A program made the translations under genes and the position numbers. From Arenicellales bacterium (GTDB lineage: Bacteria; Pseudomonadota; Gammaproteobacteria; Arenicellales; JAJDZL01): a DNA stretch of 64,000 nucleotides. The stretch spans positions 1,180,046 through 1,244,045 of the forward strand of contig OY761535.1 of the NCBI GenBank assembly GCA_963664525.1, read 5' to 3'. This document shows positions 49,026 to 57,979 of this stretch, piece after piece; position 1 is the stretch's first letter, and each line of letters begins with the position of its first letter. The notes beneath the pieces are model-generated. The model was not told the DNA's origin. It was given only the letters and a program-made list of their open reading frames with translations, and made no database searches.

Positions 49026-50222
49026 TTACGCAAATCCAATTTTTTGCTCAATCGTCGGAATATGGCGAACGCGAACATTTAGATACGACGAAACGTCGCT
49101 CAGTGTGATTCGACCATCATAAAATGAATTCAGAACAAGATGGACAAACGGTTTACCGAAATCACTCAAAACGTCTTGCGCTGGATTTCTCCGAAATTCT
49201 GAGTTCTTGAGTTGAAGATTTCGAATTTCGAGGCGATTTTGCCACTCAATTGCGTATTGTTGACGCTTTGCACAGTAGAATGAATCGGTGGCTCGCCCGA
49301 AATTATTTAAACGGCGAACGATAGATTCTCGACTCACACTAAACTCCTGAGCGATAGCTCTGATATTTTCGTCCGACCAAGCTTTGTCATGATGCCTCTG
49401 CACTATTTTGTTTTCCAAGAAAGCATCATGCGGCATCAGTGTTGCGGCAGCGACCGCGTTGCACCAAATTTCGACTTGCTGTTCTTCAGGTGGGCGGGCG
49501 GAATCCACGTCCAATTCGGATATTCCACTTTGTCTCAACAACAAATGCGCAAACTCATGGAATAAAGAGAAGCTACGCCGAGTGTGTGGCGTAGTTCTAC
49601 GATTGATTGCGATGACAGGATACGTTTCGTTACTAATTGCGAAACCAGACACCTCATCACTTGCGACGCGAGTCATTTGAAAAACCATGACTCCTAAATT
49701 TTCAACTTTCTGGCGCCACGAATTGAAAGCAAGCCGATCGTCTCGCCACGCCGATTGCTCATCCAATGAAACCTTGAGATTTTCACGAATTCTTGCCCCG
49801 ACAAACTCTGGGTTTTCATTCAACCTGGCCTCAAGCTGGAAAGATGGTGGTTCTATTTCAATTTCCGCAGCAAGTTCCAAAGCCTGTTCACGCCGTTGAT
49901 AGATCAGGCGTTGCTCAAGCAACAATTCCGGCGAATATTTACGCATACCTGTGCCCGGCAATCTTCTGTAATCGCGCAATACCTGAAATGTATGGGGACG
50001 CATTTGAAGATAGAAAACACTCAAGGGGCGCCGATAGACAATCGCCATCTTCCGCAACTGTTTTACAGTTGGAAGATCTTCTGTACCAACGTCTTCCCAA
50101 GTAGTGATGCGTGCAACCGATGTACCGATTCGTTTTGCAGCAGTTTCAACGTCAAGACCGGCTGTTTCCCGAGCCCAGGCAAGAATGTCCGGCTTTACGA
50201 TAGCTTTCACTCGTTTACTCAT
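49026..50222 (-). CDS. XRE-type HTH + ImmA/IrrE (COG2856) zinc metallopeptidase fusion protein, 398 aa
   Basis: N-terminal HTH (ETAAKRIGTSVARITTWE). HEFAHLLL = HExxH metallopeptidase motif in the central domain. Confidence 0.8.
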   Translation of the reverse strand: MSKRVKAIVKPDILAWARETAGLDVETAAKRIGTSVARITTWEDVGTEDLPTVKQLRKMAIVYRRPLSVFYLQMRPHTFQVLRDYRRLPGTGMRKYSPELLLEQRLIYQRREQALELAAEIEIEPPSFQLEARLNENPEFVGARIRENLKVSLDEQSAWRDDRLAFNSWRQKVENLGVMVFQMTRVASDEVSGFAISNETYPVIAINRRTTPHTRRSFSLFHEFAHLLLRQSGISELDVDSARPPEEQQVEIWCNAVAAATLMPHDAFLENKIVQRHHDKAWSDENIRAIAQEFSVSRESIVRRLNNFGRATDSFYCAKRQQYAIEWQNRLEIRNLQLKNSEFRRNPAQDVLSDFGKPFVHLVLNSFYDGRITLSDVSSYLNVRVRHIPTIEQKIGFA

Positions 50223-50515
50223 GTCAACAGGGTCTAATCTGCTCTGTAGAATCCAATTCCGCTTGCAAAAAGTTTAGCACAACTTGAGATCTCGCTATGG
50301 TCGCAGTACCATCGATTTCAAAATTGCAATCCGCTGAGCGTATCGTCTTATACATCTATTCGTTGTTGTCATGAAGTACAAAAATGCTATATCTTAAGCT
50401 CTCAAATTTGACGTGAGGATCAATAGGCAGTGCTAATTTCTCGGCCTCGTACTGACACTTCATCTGACCACATCCATGAGTGTTGAATAGCACTATGTCT
50501 GGCGAATAAAAAAAT

Positions 50516-50535
50516 GGCCGCCATTTCTGGCGGCC
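50516..50535 (-). terminator. Rho-independent terminator downstream of the DUF1127 gene
   Basis: GGCCGCC/GGCGGCC 7-bp stem, followed on the minus strand by TTTTTTT (A-run at 50508-50514 on the + strand). Confidence 0.75.
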
Positions 50536-50574
50536 AAATCGTAGGAGGATAAAGCTACTAGATCAAATCTTTCT

Positions 50575-50898
50575 TCAGGCTGCTATTTTTCTCTCGATCG
50601 TTGCATGCCTGACTTTTGTCCCAAGCACTGGTTTGTGCACCTGGGCGCCTTCAACACGTTTAGCTGCTGCGCTCTGAGCCACTTTCGCATTCACCGCACG
50701 GCGAATGTTGTATCTTGGAATTCCAATGTCCTCAAGTTGCGCATCAGTTAAATCTTGAAGTTCGCGAATCGTTTGGCGTCGAATACTGGATTCTCTAATT
50801 TTCAGTAAAACATTGCCAATCGAATTCCCAATATTTACATATTTTCGTCCCCGTTGATATGGGCGAATATCAATTGCATTGTTGTTCAGTGTCATCAT
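50575..50898 (-). CDS. DUF1127 domain-containing small protein
   Basis: RELQDLTDAQLEDIGIPRYNI matches the DUF1127 signature (L.D..L.DIGI.R). Confidence 0.7.
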   Translation of the reverse strand: MMTLNNNAIDIRPYQRGRKYVNIGNSIGNVLLKIRESSIRRQTIRELQDLTDAQLEDIGIPRYNIRRAVNAKVAQSAAAKRVEGAQVHKPVLGTKVRHATIERKIAA

Positions 50899-51482
50899 TT
50901 TTGTACCTAATTTACAAATAAGTCATCAGTTAAATCAAAAAATTTCTTGTAGCCTAACCAGCCAGGTTCACAACGAGCGTTAATACGACGATTGAACCTA
51001 CGAAGGCAACGCCTACCCTGTTATGAATTTGTCGAAACATTTAGTTTTCCTCTAATTTCCTTTCAGTGAAAAATCGTCTCTGTGGCGAGTTGATTTCGAT
51101 TTACCGAATCGCTCATGACTCGTCAATTGACTTGACAATAGAATAGTGTGATTTGCAATTATTTCAAGAGATATTTTTTCCTATTAACATGAGTATTTGT
51201 TCATGTGTTATTTGAAATATATATTTTGTTAACACATTGTTTTTTATCTTATATTCAGTAATTATTATATTTCCATATATTATTTTTACACAAACATACC
51301 TTTGTGTTTAATGATCGGGCACAAATATTTTTTAGAATCTGGTTGAGCAAGTTTGTTGCAATGCAGCAATCAGGTGGTCTAAATAAAATAACTAGGTCGG
51401 ATAAAATGACAATTCAAGCGGGATATCAACCCCCGTATTTGTTAATTTTTGGACAATGATCTAGCTTAATTGAGGAATCGTT

Positions 51483-52889
51483 ATGGCCGTTGGTACGCTA
51501 TATGACAAGATTTGGGATCAACACGTCGTCTGTCGACTGCCGACCGGACAGTACCAGTTATTTATCGGATTGCACCTGATTCATGAAGTCACGAGTCCAC
51601 AGGCTTGCGATATGCTACGCGAGCGAAATTTAGGGGTACTATTTCCGGGTCGAACAATTGCCACCGTCGATCACATCATTCCGACGACCGATCAGGCTCG
51701 TCCTTATCGTGATACCCAGGCTGAAGCGATGGCGCAAGCTCTGTACGACAATACATCGGAATTCAATATTCGATTTTTTGGTGAAGGCTCTCCTGAACAG
51801 GGCATCGTGCACGTGATGGGACCAGAACTTGGAATGGTACACCCTGGAATGACCGTAGCATGTGGAGACTCCCACACATCAACTCACGGTGCTTTTGGAA
51901 CACTGGCCTTTGGAATTGGTACAACCCAGGTAGGAGATGTGCTGGCAACTCAATGCCTGAGTATGGACCCGCTAATGGTTCGAAAGGTTCAAATTGATGG
52001 CGAACTTAAACCGGGCGTGTTTGCCAAGGATGTCATATTGCATGTCATTCGCAAACTCGGTGTCAAAGGTGGCATTGGCTATGCCTATGAATACTGTGGC
52101 TCAACCATTGAGGCCATGTCGATGGAAGCGCGTATGACAATTTGCAATATGTCGATCGAAGGCGGTGCACGAATCGGTTATGTCAACCCGGATGAAACCA
52201 CATTCGCGTATCTCGAAGGTAGACCTCACGCTCCAAGAGGTACAGCATGGAAACGCGCTCTGCAGCACTGGAACACTGTGCGTTCGAGTGATGATGCAAT
52301 CTACGATGATCAATGCAAGATCAATGCCGGTGATATTGCACCACACGTGACCTGGGGAATCAATCCAGGTCAAAGCGTCTCTATCGACGAATCACTACCT
52401 GATCCGTCATCGTTGCCAGATGGCGAACGTCAAACTGCACAACTCGCCTATCAACATATGAAGTTGACTCCGGGACAGTCGATGAATGGAACCAAGATCG
52501 ACGTTGTATTTGTCGGCAGTTGCACCAACTCTCGAATAGAAGACCTTCGTGCCGCAGCCGATGTAGCCAAGGGACACAAAGTTGCCAGTCACGTACGCGC
52601 AATCGTGGTGCCTGGATCGCGACAGGTGGCCAATCAGTCAGAAAAAGAAGGTCTGCATGAAATCTTCTTAGATGCCGGTTTTGAGTGGCGTGAGCCTGGC
52701 TGCTCGATGTGCCTGGCGATGAACCCTGACCGACTAAATGGGGATGAGATTTGTGCCAGCACCAGCAATCGTAACTTTATTGGCCGCCAAGGCAGCCCTC
52801 ATGGAAGAACGCTGTTGATGTCGCCCCAAATGGCAGCAGCGGCGGCAGTCAGCGGGCATGTCACCGACATTCGCAAACATTGTGTTTAG
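51483..52889 (+). CDS. leuC: 3-isopropylmalate dehydratase large subunit
   Basis: Aconitase-family motifs [24 protein letters not shown] and CSMCLAMN. 468 aa. Confidence 0.95.
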   Translation: MAVGTLYDKIWDQHVVCRLPTGQYQLFIGLHLIHEVTSPQACDMLRERNLGVLFPGRTIATVDHIIPTTDQARPYRDTQAEAMAQALYDNTSEFNIRFFGEGSPEQGIVHVMGPELGMVHPGMTVACGDSHTSTHGAFGTLAFGIGTTQVGDVLATQCLSMDPLMVRKVQIDGELKPGVFAKDVILHVIRKLGVKGGIGYAYEYCGSTIEAMSMEARMTICNMSIEGGARIGYVNPDETTFAYLEGRPHAPRGTAWKRALQHWNTVRSSDDAIYDDQCKINAGDIAPHVTWGINPGQSVSIDESLPDPSSLPDGERQTAQLAYQHMKLTPGQSMNGTKIDVVFVGSCTNSRIEDLRAAADVAKGHKVASHVRAIVVPGSRQVANQSEKEGLHEIFLDAGFEWREPGCSMCLAMNPDRLNGDEICASTSNRNFIGRQGSPHGRTLLMSPQMAAAAAVSGHVTDIRKHCV

Positions 52890-52899
52890 GAGATTGAAG

Positions 52900-53511
52900 A
52901 TGTCAGACAACAAAATCGTAAAAGTAAACGGCAAGGCACTCGTAATCACCGGCGATGACATCGATACCGATCGAATCATACCCGCTCGATTCCTAAAAGA
53001 GATTACATTTGCTAATCTTGGCCAATATCCGTTTTATGATGAGCGTTTCAACGAGGATGCCAGCCTGAAACCGCACCCGTTCAATGAATCTAATCGTCAG
53101 GATGCTAAAATTCTATTCGTCAACAAGAATTTCGGCTGTGGATCCAGCCGCGAGCATGCACCTCAATCCCTCAAACGATGGGGAATCAACGCCATTGTCG
53201 GTGAGTCGTTTGCCGAGATCTTCGCATCCAACTGCATTACCTTGGGGATCCCAGCAGTAGCCGTATCGTCAAAAGACATCAAGGACCTTCAGAAACTCGC
53301 ACTCGAAAATGCCGACCTGGTCTGGTCTGTCGACCTTAAGTCAGCAACAATATCCACATTCGGATTTACTGTCACATTGATCATGCCTGAACATCATAAA
53401 CAGACTCTTCAACAGGGGCTGTGGGATAGTACGGCATTGCTGCTGAATAACCTCGACAAAGTCAGACAGCTTCACGATCAGTTACCGTATACCAAAAATT
53501 ATGGTGGATGA
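52900..53511 (+). CDS. leuD: 3-isopropylmalate dehydratase small subunit
   Basis: GCGSSREHAPQ motif. ATG at 52900 preceded by AGGAGA. The ORF-track start at 52858 overlaps the leuC 3' end. Confidence 0.92.
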   Translation: MSDNKIVKVNGKALVITGDDIDTDRIIPARFLKEITFANLGQYPFYDERFNEDASLKPHPFNESNRQDAKILFVNKNFGCGSSREHAPQSLKRWGINAIVGESFAEIFASNCITLGIPAVAVSSKDIKDLQKLALENADLVWSVDLKSATISTFGFTVTLIMPEHHKQTLQQGLWDSTALLLNNLDKVRQLHDQLPYTKNYGG

Positions 53512-53556
53512 ATTACAGCCGTACTCACCTGTTAATACGGCACTTCACCAGTTAAA

Positions 53557-54762
53557 TCATCGAAATCCTGGATAAACGCGATACAGCCAAAGCAGTGCTG
53601 TGCTCGCCGTAAAGGCACAACATGCAATCAAGAAAAATGGAACAACGTAGCTGCCTGTAAGGGCAATGATGATGCCAAAAAGTGGTGGCATTATGGCTAC
53701 CCCACCGTAAATGACAAACTGTACACCGCCCGTCCAATTGTGCGACTCACCCTCCGGTGCCTGATCGGCGACTTCCGATAGAAACACGCCATTCCAGCCG
53801 TGTGTACTGGCGCCAAGTACAAACAAAAAGATGTAGAGCAAAAAGATGTTCCAACTGCCGGACACCAGGTACATGCCAGATAGCGAAATCGCAGAAATTA
53901 TGCCAATCAGCGTCAGCGTATACTTGGGCGTCAGCCATTTGTCAGATAAACCGCCCCATGCGACTCGACCCAATATCCCACCGATATTAACAAATAAAAA
54001 GCAAAGACCTGCCTCCACTAAGCTAAATCCCCGAGACACCATATAGACAACAAAAAAACTGCTCACACTGATTTGTACACCAGCAAATGTAAAACCTACC
54101 AACGCAAACCCTCTGAGCAGTGGATTCTTGAGCACCTGAAATACAGGTTTTATCAACTCCCTGAATGACCAATTGAGCGGAAGGTCAACTCGATCAGCGT
54201 CATACTCGGCTCGCATGGGCTGCAAGATAATGATTGACAAAACTCCAAGTAATGCGATGGCCAAGACACCCACTTGCCAGTTCCAAAGCACTGCAATGAA
54301 TGGAACCACGACAGCCGCTGCCGCCCCACCGACCGTGACACCCGACTGTTTTATCGAAAAAAACACACCACGGTTGCCGGAATTCGTCACCTTGAGAAGA
54401 ACTGGAGCATTGGCCGGGTTGATTGGCCCATAGGCGATACCAAGCAAAACTGCACAAACTATTGCAGCACTCGGCGTTGCAATGGTGAAGACAAGCAGTC
54501 CGAGTGTCGAGCAAATCGCTGTTGCCTGTAATACTCGTATGGGACCGAACTTTACGATAAATCCAGTGCAAAAACTGCCAGCAAACATCGAGATGAAATA
54601 AACGAATCCGGAGAATATGCCGACGTATGAAGCACTGACGCCAATATCCGAAGCCGCGTCAGGTGCGCTAACCGCTACCGCTAGAATGGAAGAACTGCCA
54701 ACTGCCATGGTGAACATCATCACCAGCGTGACGCCAAGACCGGCAGGCAAGTTACGCATCAC
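53557..54762 (-). CDS. MFS transporter
   Basis: 401 aa, ~12 hydrophobic segments, typical MFS loop spacing. Substrate unknown. Confidence 0.75.
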   Translation of the reverse strand: MMRNLPAGLGVTLVMMFTMAVGSSSILAVAVSAPDAASDIGVSASYVGIFSGFVYFISMFAGSFCTGFIVKFGPIRVLQATAICSTLGLLVFTIATPSAAIVCAVLLGIAYGPINPANAPVLLKVTNSGNRGVFFSIKQSGVTVGGAAAAVVVPFIAVLWNWQVGVLAIALLGVLSIIILQPMRAEYDADRVDLPLNWSFRELIKPVFQVLKNPLLRGFALVGFTFAGVQISVSSFFVVYMVSRGFSLVEAGLCFLFVNIGGILGRVAWGGLSDKWLTPKYTLTLIGIISAISLSGMYLVSGSWNIFLLYIFLFVLGASTHGWNGVFLSEVADQAPEGESHNWTGGVQFVIYGGVAIMPPLFGIIIALTGSYVVPFFLIACCAFTASTALLWLYRVYPGFR

Positions 54763-54827
54763 AGATGAAGTGAATTCAGTTTAAATAGCAATCGAATTTA
54801 GCCAGCGACGCAAATACCTGGAACGAA

Positions 54828-55532
54828 CTAACAGCCAAGTTGAGCTGCAAGATCTACAAAGTCTGTCGCAACGATCGTATATTGACTAGTAGGCTCCAAG
54901 TCAATGGTCTGATGTTCGCCATGCTCGGTTGGTCGGGCAACAAATGCAGTCATCAATCCACATTCTGCCGCAGCAATCAAATCTGAATTGTGTGCTGCGA
55001 CAAGCATGCACTGATTGGGTTCAAGGTCTAGCATGGCTGCCGACTTGAGATAACTGTCCGGTTGTGGTTTGTAGTGGCCGACAACTTCTGCACCAAGCAC
55101 CATGTCCCAAGGCAGCCCAACGTGCTTGGCCATGTTGACAATCAAAGCAACATTCCCATTGGACAGGGTAGCAATGACGTACTTCGACTTAAGCCGACAC
55201 AGTCCCTCTACCGAATCAGACCAGGGCGTCAGGCGATGCCATGCGCGGTTTAAGTGTTTCTTTTTGCGTTCAGCCAATGTCCCCACATCGAACTCATCAA
55301 GAACCTCATTGAGGTTTTCGTAATGCAGGATATCCAATTTTGTCCAAGGCCGCAATCCTTTGCGTATGCGTTCCATTGAAGGCTGATATTTGCTTCGCCA
55401 GCGGTCCGCAAATAACTCTCCATCAATCTGGTGTAACTCAGGCAACTGCCTTACTTCGTTCGCGATACTGCTTCGCCAGTTTACCACTGTACCAAAAACA
55501 TCGAACATGATTGCTTTAAGATCGGCGGGCAC
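54828..55532 (-). CDS. Haloacid dehalogenase type II (HAD superfamily), second paralog in the window
   Basis: Motif I FDVFGTVVNW. 234 aa. Confidence 0.75.
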   Translation of the reverse strand: MPADLKAIMFDVFGTVVNWRSSIANEVRQLPELHQIDGELFADRWRSKYQPSMERIRKGLRPWTKLDILHYENLNEVLDEFDVGTLAERKKKHLNRAWHRLTPWSDSVEGLCRLKSKYVIATLSNGNVALIVNMAKHVGLPWDMVLGAEVVGHYKPQPDSYLKSAAMLDLEPNQCMLVAAHNSDLIAAAECGLMTAFVARPTEHGEHQTIDLEPTSQYTIVATDFVDLAAQLGC

Positions 55533-55641
55533 GATTTGAAATGACTCTCATTTGGATGACGCTATCACTGTCTATCCCAGAAATACGGGAGGCAGCAAAG
55601 CAGCCAGTATTCATTCATTGCTATTTTATAATTTTTGCGAC

Positions 55642-55716
55642 GGGCGATTAGCTCAGCGGGAGAGCGCTGCCTTCACACGGCAGAGGTCACTGGTTCAATC
55701 CCAGTATCGCCCACCA
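55642..55716 (+). tRNA. tRNA-Val (CAC)
   Basis: GGGCGATTAGCTCAGCGGGAGAGCGCTGCCTTCACACGGCAGAGGTCACTGGTTCAATCCCAGTATCGCCCACCA folds as a cloverleaf. Anticodon loop TT-CAC-AC. CCA is encoded. Confidence 0.9.
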
Positions 55717-55718
55717 GA

Positions 55719-56612
55719 TTATCCGCTAGGCTTATACTTTCTTGCCGACATTCTGATATTCAGGTAGTTGCCAGTCAAAATCGCAACACTACCAATTATG
55801 GTCGTTAAATCAATAGGTTCAGAATAAAGTAACAGCCCTGCCACTGCAATCATCGGCAAGCGGATGTATTCAATGGGCACAATGGAAATGAGTTCCATTA
55901 ACTTAAAAGCCCGCGCCATACAATAGTGTGCGGTCATCACACCAGCAGCAATAAACGCAATGAGTGAAAGCGTTTTCAAATCAGGGGTTTTATACTCGCC
56001 CGCCGCCAGCAGCAACGTCGTCGTCATGGGGAACTGGATCACCGCCATATAAAACAAAATACATAGCGGTGTTTCGGTCATTGTCAATTTTCTGGTGCCT
56101 AGCATTCCGCCAGCGAAACCCAACGCTCCAATCAGCATCACAATCGCTCCAAGTTCCACGTTTAAACCAAAGGGACGTACAATGATGATGACGCCGACAA
56201 ATCCAATCAGAACATACAACAACCTTTCAGCCGTTAATTTTTCTTTCAGGAATATGGGTGCAAGCAACGCAATCCAAATCGGAACGGTAAATTCCAGTGC
56301 AAAAACGTGTGCCAGTGGAATGGTTGCAATTGCGAAAAACCAACCGAACTGGCCGACAAAATGAATACTGTTGCGGATGACATGCAAGCCAAAACGGTGA
56401 GTTTTAATTTGACTGAACCCATCTTTAGACAGTCCAAGTAATGCTATAGTCAGAATGACAGCAAAGATTGACCGAAAAAACAGCGTAGTTGGCGTATCCA
56501 GTTGGAATGAAACTTCTCGAGTCGCAACTGCCACAGCAGTGTAGGTGATCAACGTGCCTGTCATCCAGGCATATGCAACGCTCACATCAGTTACGTCAAT
56601 ACTCTTGGACAA
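55719..56612 (-). CDS. DMT-superfamily (EamA-like) transporter
   Basis: 297 aa, ~10 TM segments, two EamA-like halves. Confidence 0.75.
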   Translation of the reverse strand: MSKSIDVTDVSVAYAWMTGTLITYTAVAVATREVSFQLDTPTTLFFRSIFAVILTIALLGLSKDGFSQIKTHRFGLHVIRNSIHFVGQFGWFFAIATIPLAHVFALEFTVPIWIALLAPIFLKEKLTAERLLYVLIGFVGVIIIVRPFGLNVELGAIVMLIGALGFAGGMLGTRKLTMTETPLCILFYMAVIQFPMTTTLLLAAGEYKTPDLKTLSLIAFIAAGVMTAHYCMARAFKLMELISIVPIEYIRLPMIAVAGLLLYSEPIDLTTIIGSVAILTGNYLNIRMSARKYKPSG

Positions 56613-56676
56613 GCCTTGGGGATAGCGATCTTAACCGACCTGCGGTTAGAATTTTCTTTGTGGGGGCTAGGCCGCT

Positions 56677-57489
56677 CTACTCGAAAATGACGCTGACCAG
56701 TGTTCCGGGTAATATCAACCTGTCTTTTTCGGTGAATCGTAGGTGAATCGGATACTCAGGCTCGTCTTGGAACAAGGGGAGCGGATCAAGTGCAGGAATG
56801 ACCACTTGAGCAGTGTAGGAGCGTCCCTCAACGATGATATTGATTGTTTGGCCTTGCACCAGCTTCTGTCGAGTTTCGGTTGGCACTGCTAATCGAATGA
56901 CGTATTCGCCATCGCTTGCCAGAGTCATCAGCGGTGCATGTGTAAAATACGGGTGCACCTGCATCCCTGAATAAACGTTACTTGCGATGACAATGGTATC
57001 GACGGGTGAAGCGAGCTTTGTGAGAGAGAGTTTATGCATTGCTGCATTTAGTCTCGCCTGGGCACTACTGAGATCGAGTTCAGCCAACTTTAGTGCGTTT
57101 TCAGATTCTTCATAGAGCAAAATAGATAAAGATCCTCGATCGAAAAGTTCCTGATCTCGTGCAAACTGAGCATCAATGGCTTCGACTTCAATTGTTTTCT
57201 TTGCAACCTGGTTTTGCGCCATTAAAACTTTGGCCTGCTGTCGTGCCGAGTCCAATTCGATCACAATCGTACCTGCTGCCACCTTGTCTCCAACGGACGC
57301 ATTCACTTGGACGACTGTTCCTTTTAAAATTGATTGGACTTGGAATCGCTGATTAAAGTCAACTGCCCCAGACATTGTTTGAGCAACAGCTGTCTGAGAT
57401 ATCAGCACCATGAATACCGTCGTTATCAGCATTCTTACAATTGTTTGAACTCGATAAGACATGAGATAGTAAACTCCGTAAAACGTCAA
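56677..57489 (-). CDS. HlyD-family / efflux periplasmic adaptor-like protein (short, 260-270 aa)
   Basis: Signal/anchor segment, lipoyl-like GTVVQVNASVGDKVAAGTIVIELD, and a coiled-coil hairpin region. The start is uncertain (M1 or M10). Confidence 0.65.
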   Translation of the reverse strand: MTFYGVYYLMSYRVQTIVRMLITTVFMVLISQTAVAQTMSGAVDFNQRFQVQSILKGTVVQVNASVGDKVAAGTIVIELDSARQQAKVLMAQNQVAKKTIEVEAIDAQFARDQELFDRGSLSILLYEESENALKLAELDLSSAQARLNAAMHKLSLTKLASPVDTIVIASNVYSGMQVHPYFTHAPLMTLASDGEYVIRLAVPTETRQKLVQGQTINIIVEGRSYTAQVVIPALDPLPLFQDEPEYPIHLRFTEKDRLILPGTLVSVIFE

Positions 57490-57979
57490 AATTCTTAAGT
57501 AGAAAACCTAGTCTGCTAAATTGGGAAACTCGAAACCAAAGTTTGTACATTTTGCACGAGTTTCGACTCGCAGGAGACTCGGTTATTTTCTAAACGTGTG
57601 CTTAAGTCGGCACACCTTTGTAAACCGTATGTGTGGGCCATAAATCACCGAGACTGAAACTGATCACTTTAAATGGTGGCAGCGACACGGAAGCATCCTC
57701 GAACAAGGTATCGATCAACGTCCACCTTTTACCGCTTATTCAAATACTTCCAAAGAACAGACATCGGGGTCGACAAACCTAAGGTAGCCAACACCTTCGC
57801 GCATAGACGACCAGCAAGGACGAAGTCGTTTAATTTAAATTCACAACTCACCGCGCCAACCCGCCTATTCGTTATACTAATAACAATGAAATGAGCCAAT
57901 TGCTTCGGAATATTTCCGGCATTTGCACAGTTGAGCCATTCATGATGGCATTAGTATCAGACTGTAGAGTTGATTATAA

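Noticed and set aside
51100-51482. Leucine-rich leader peptide / attenuator upstream of leuC
   Set aside because: The region is very AT-rich with some short palindromes (e.g. AACATGA...TCATGTT). I found no short ORF with consecutive Leu codons followed by a terminator/antiterminator pair.
57490-57979. Glycine or THF riboswitch upstream of the GcvT-fusion gene
   Set aside because: I looked for the conserved glycine-riboswitch cores (GGAGAG...CACCG / CTCTGGAGAG...ACCGAAGGGGCAA-like) and found none, only short generic hairpins. An Rfam scan would be decisive.
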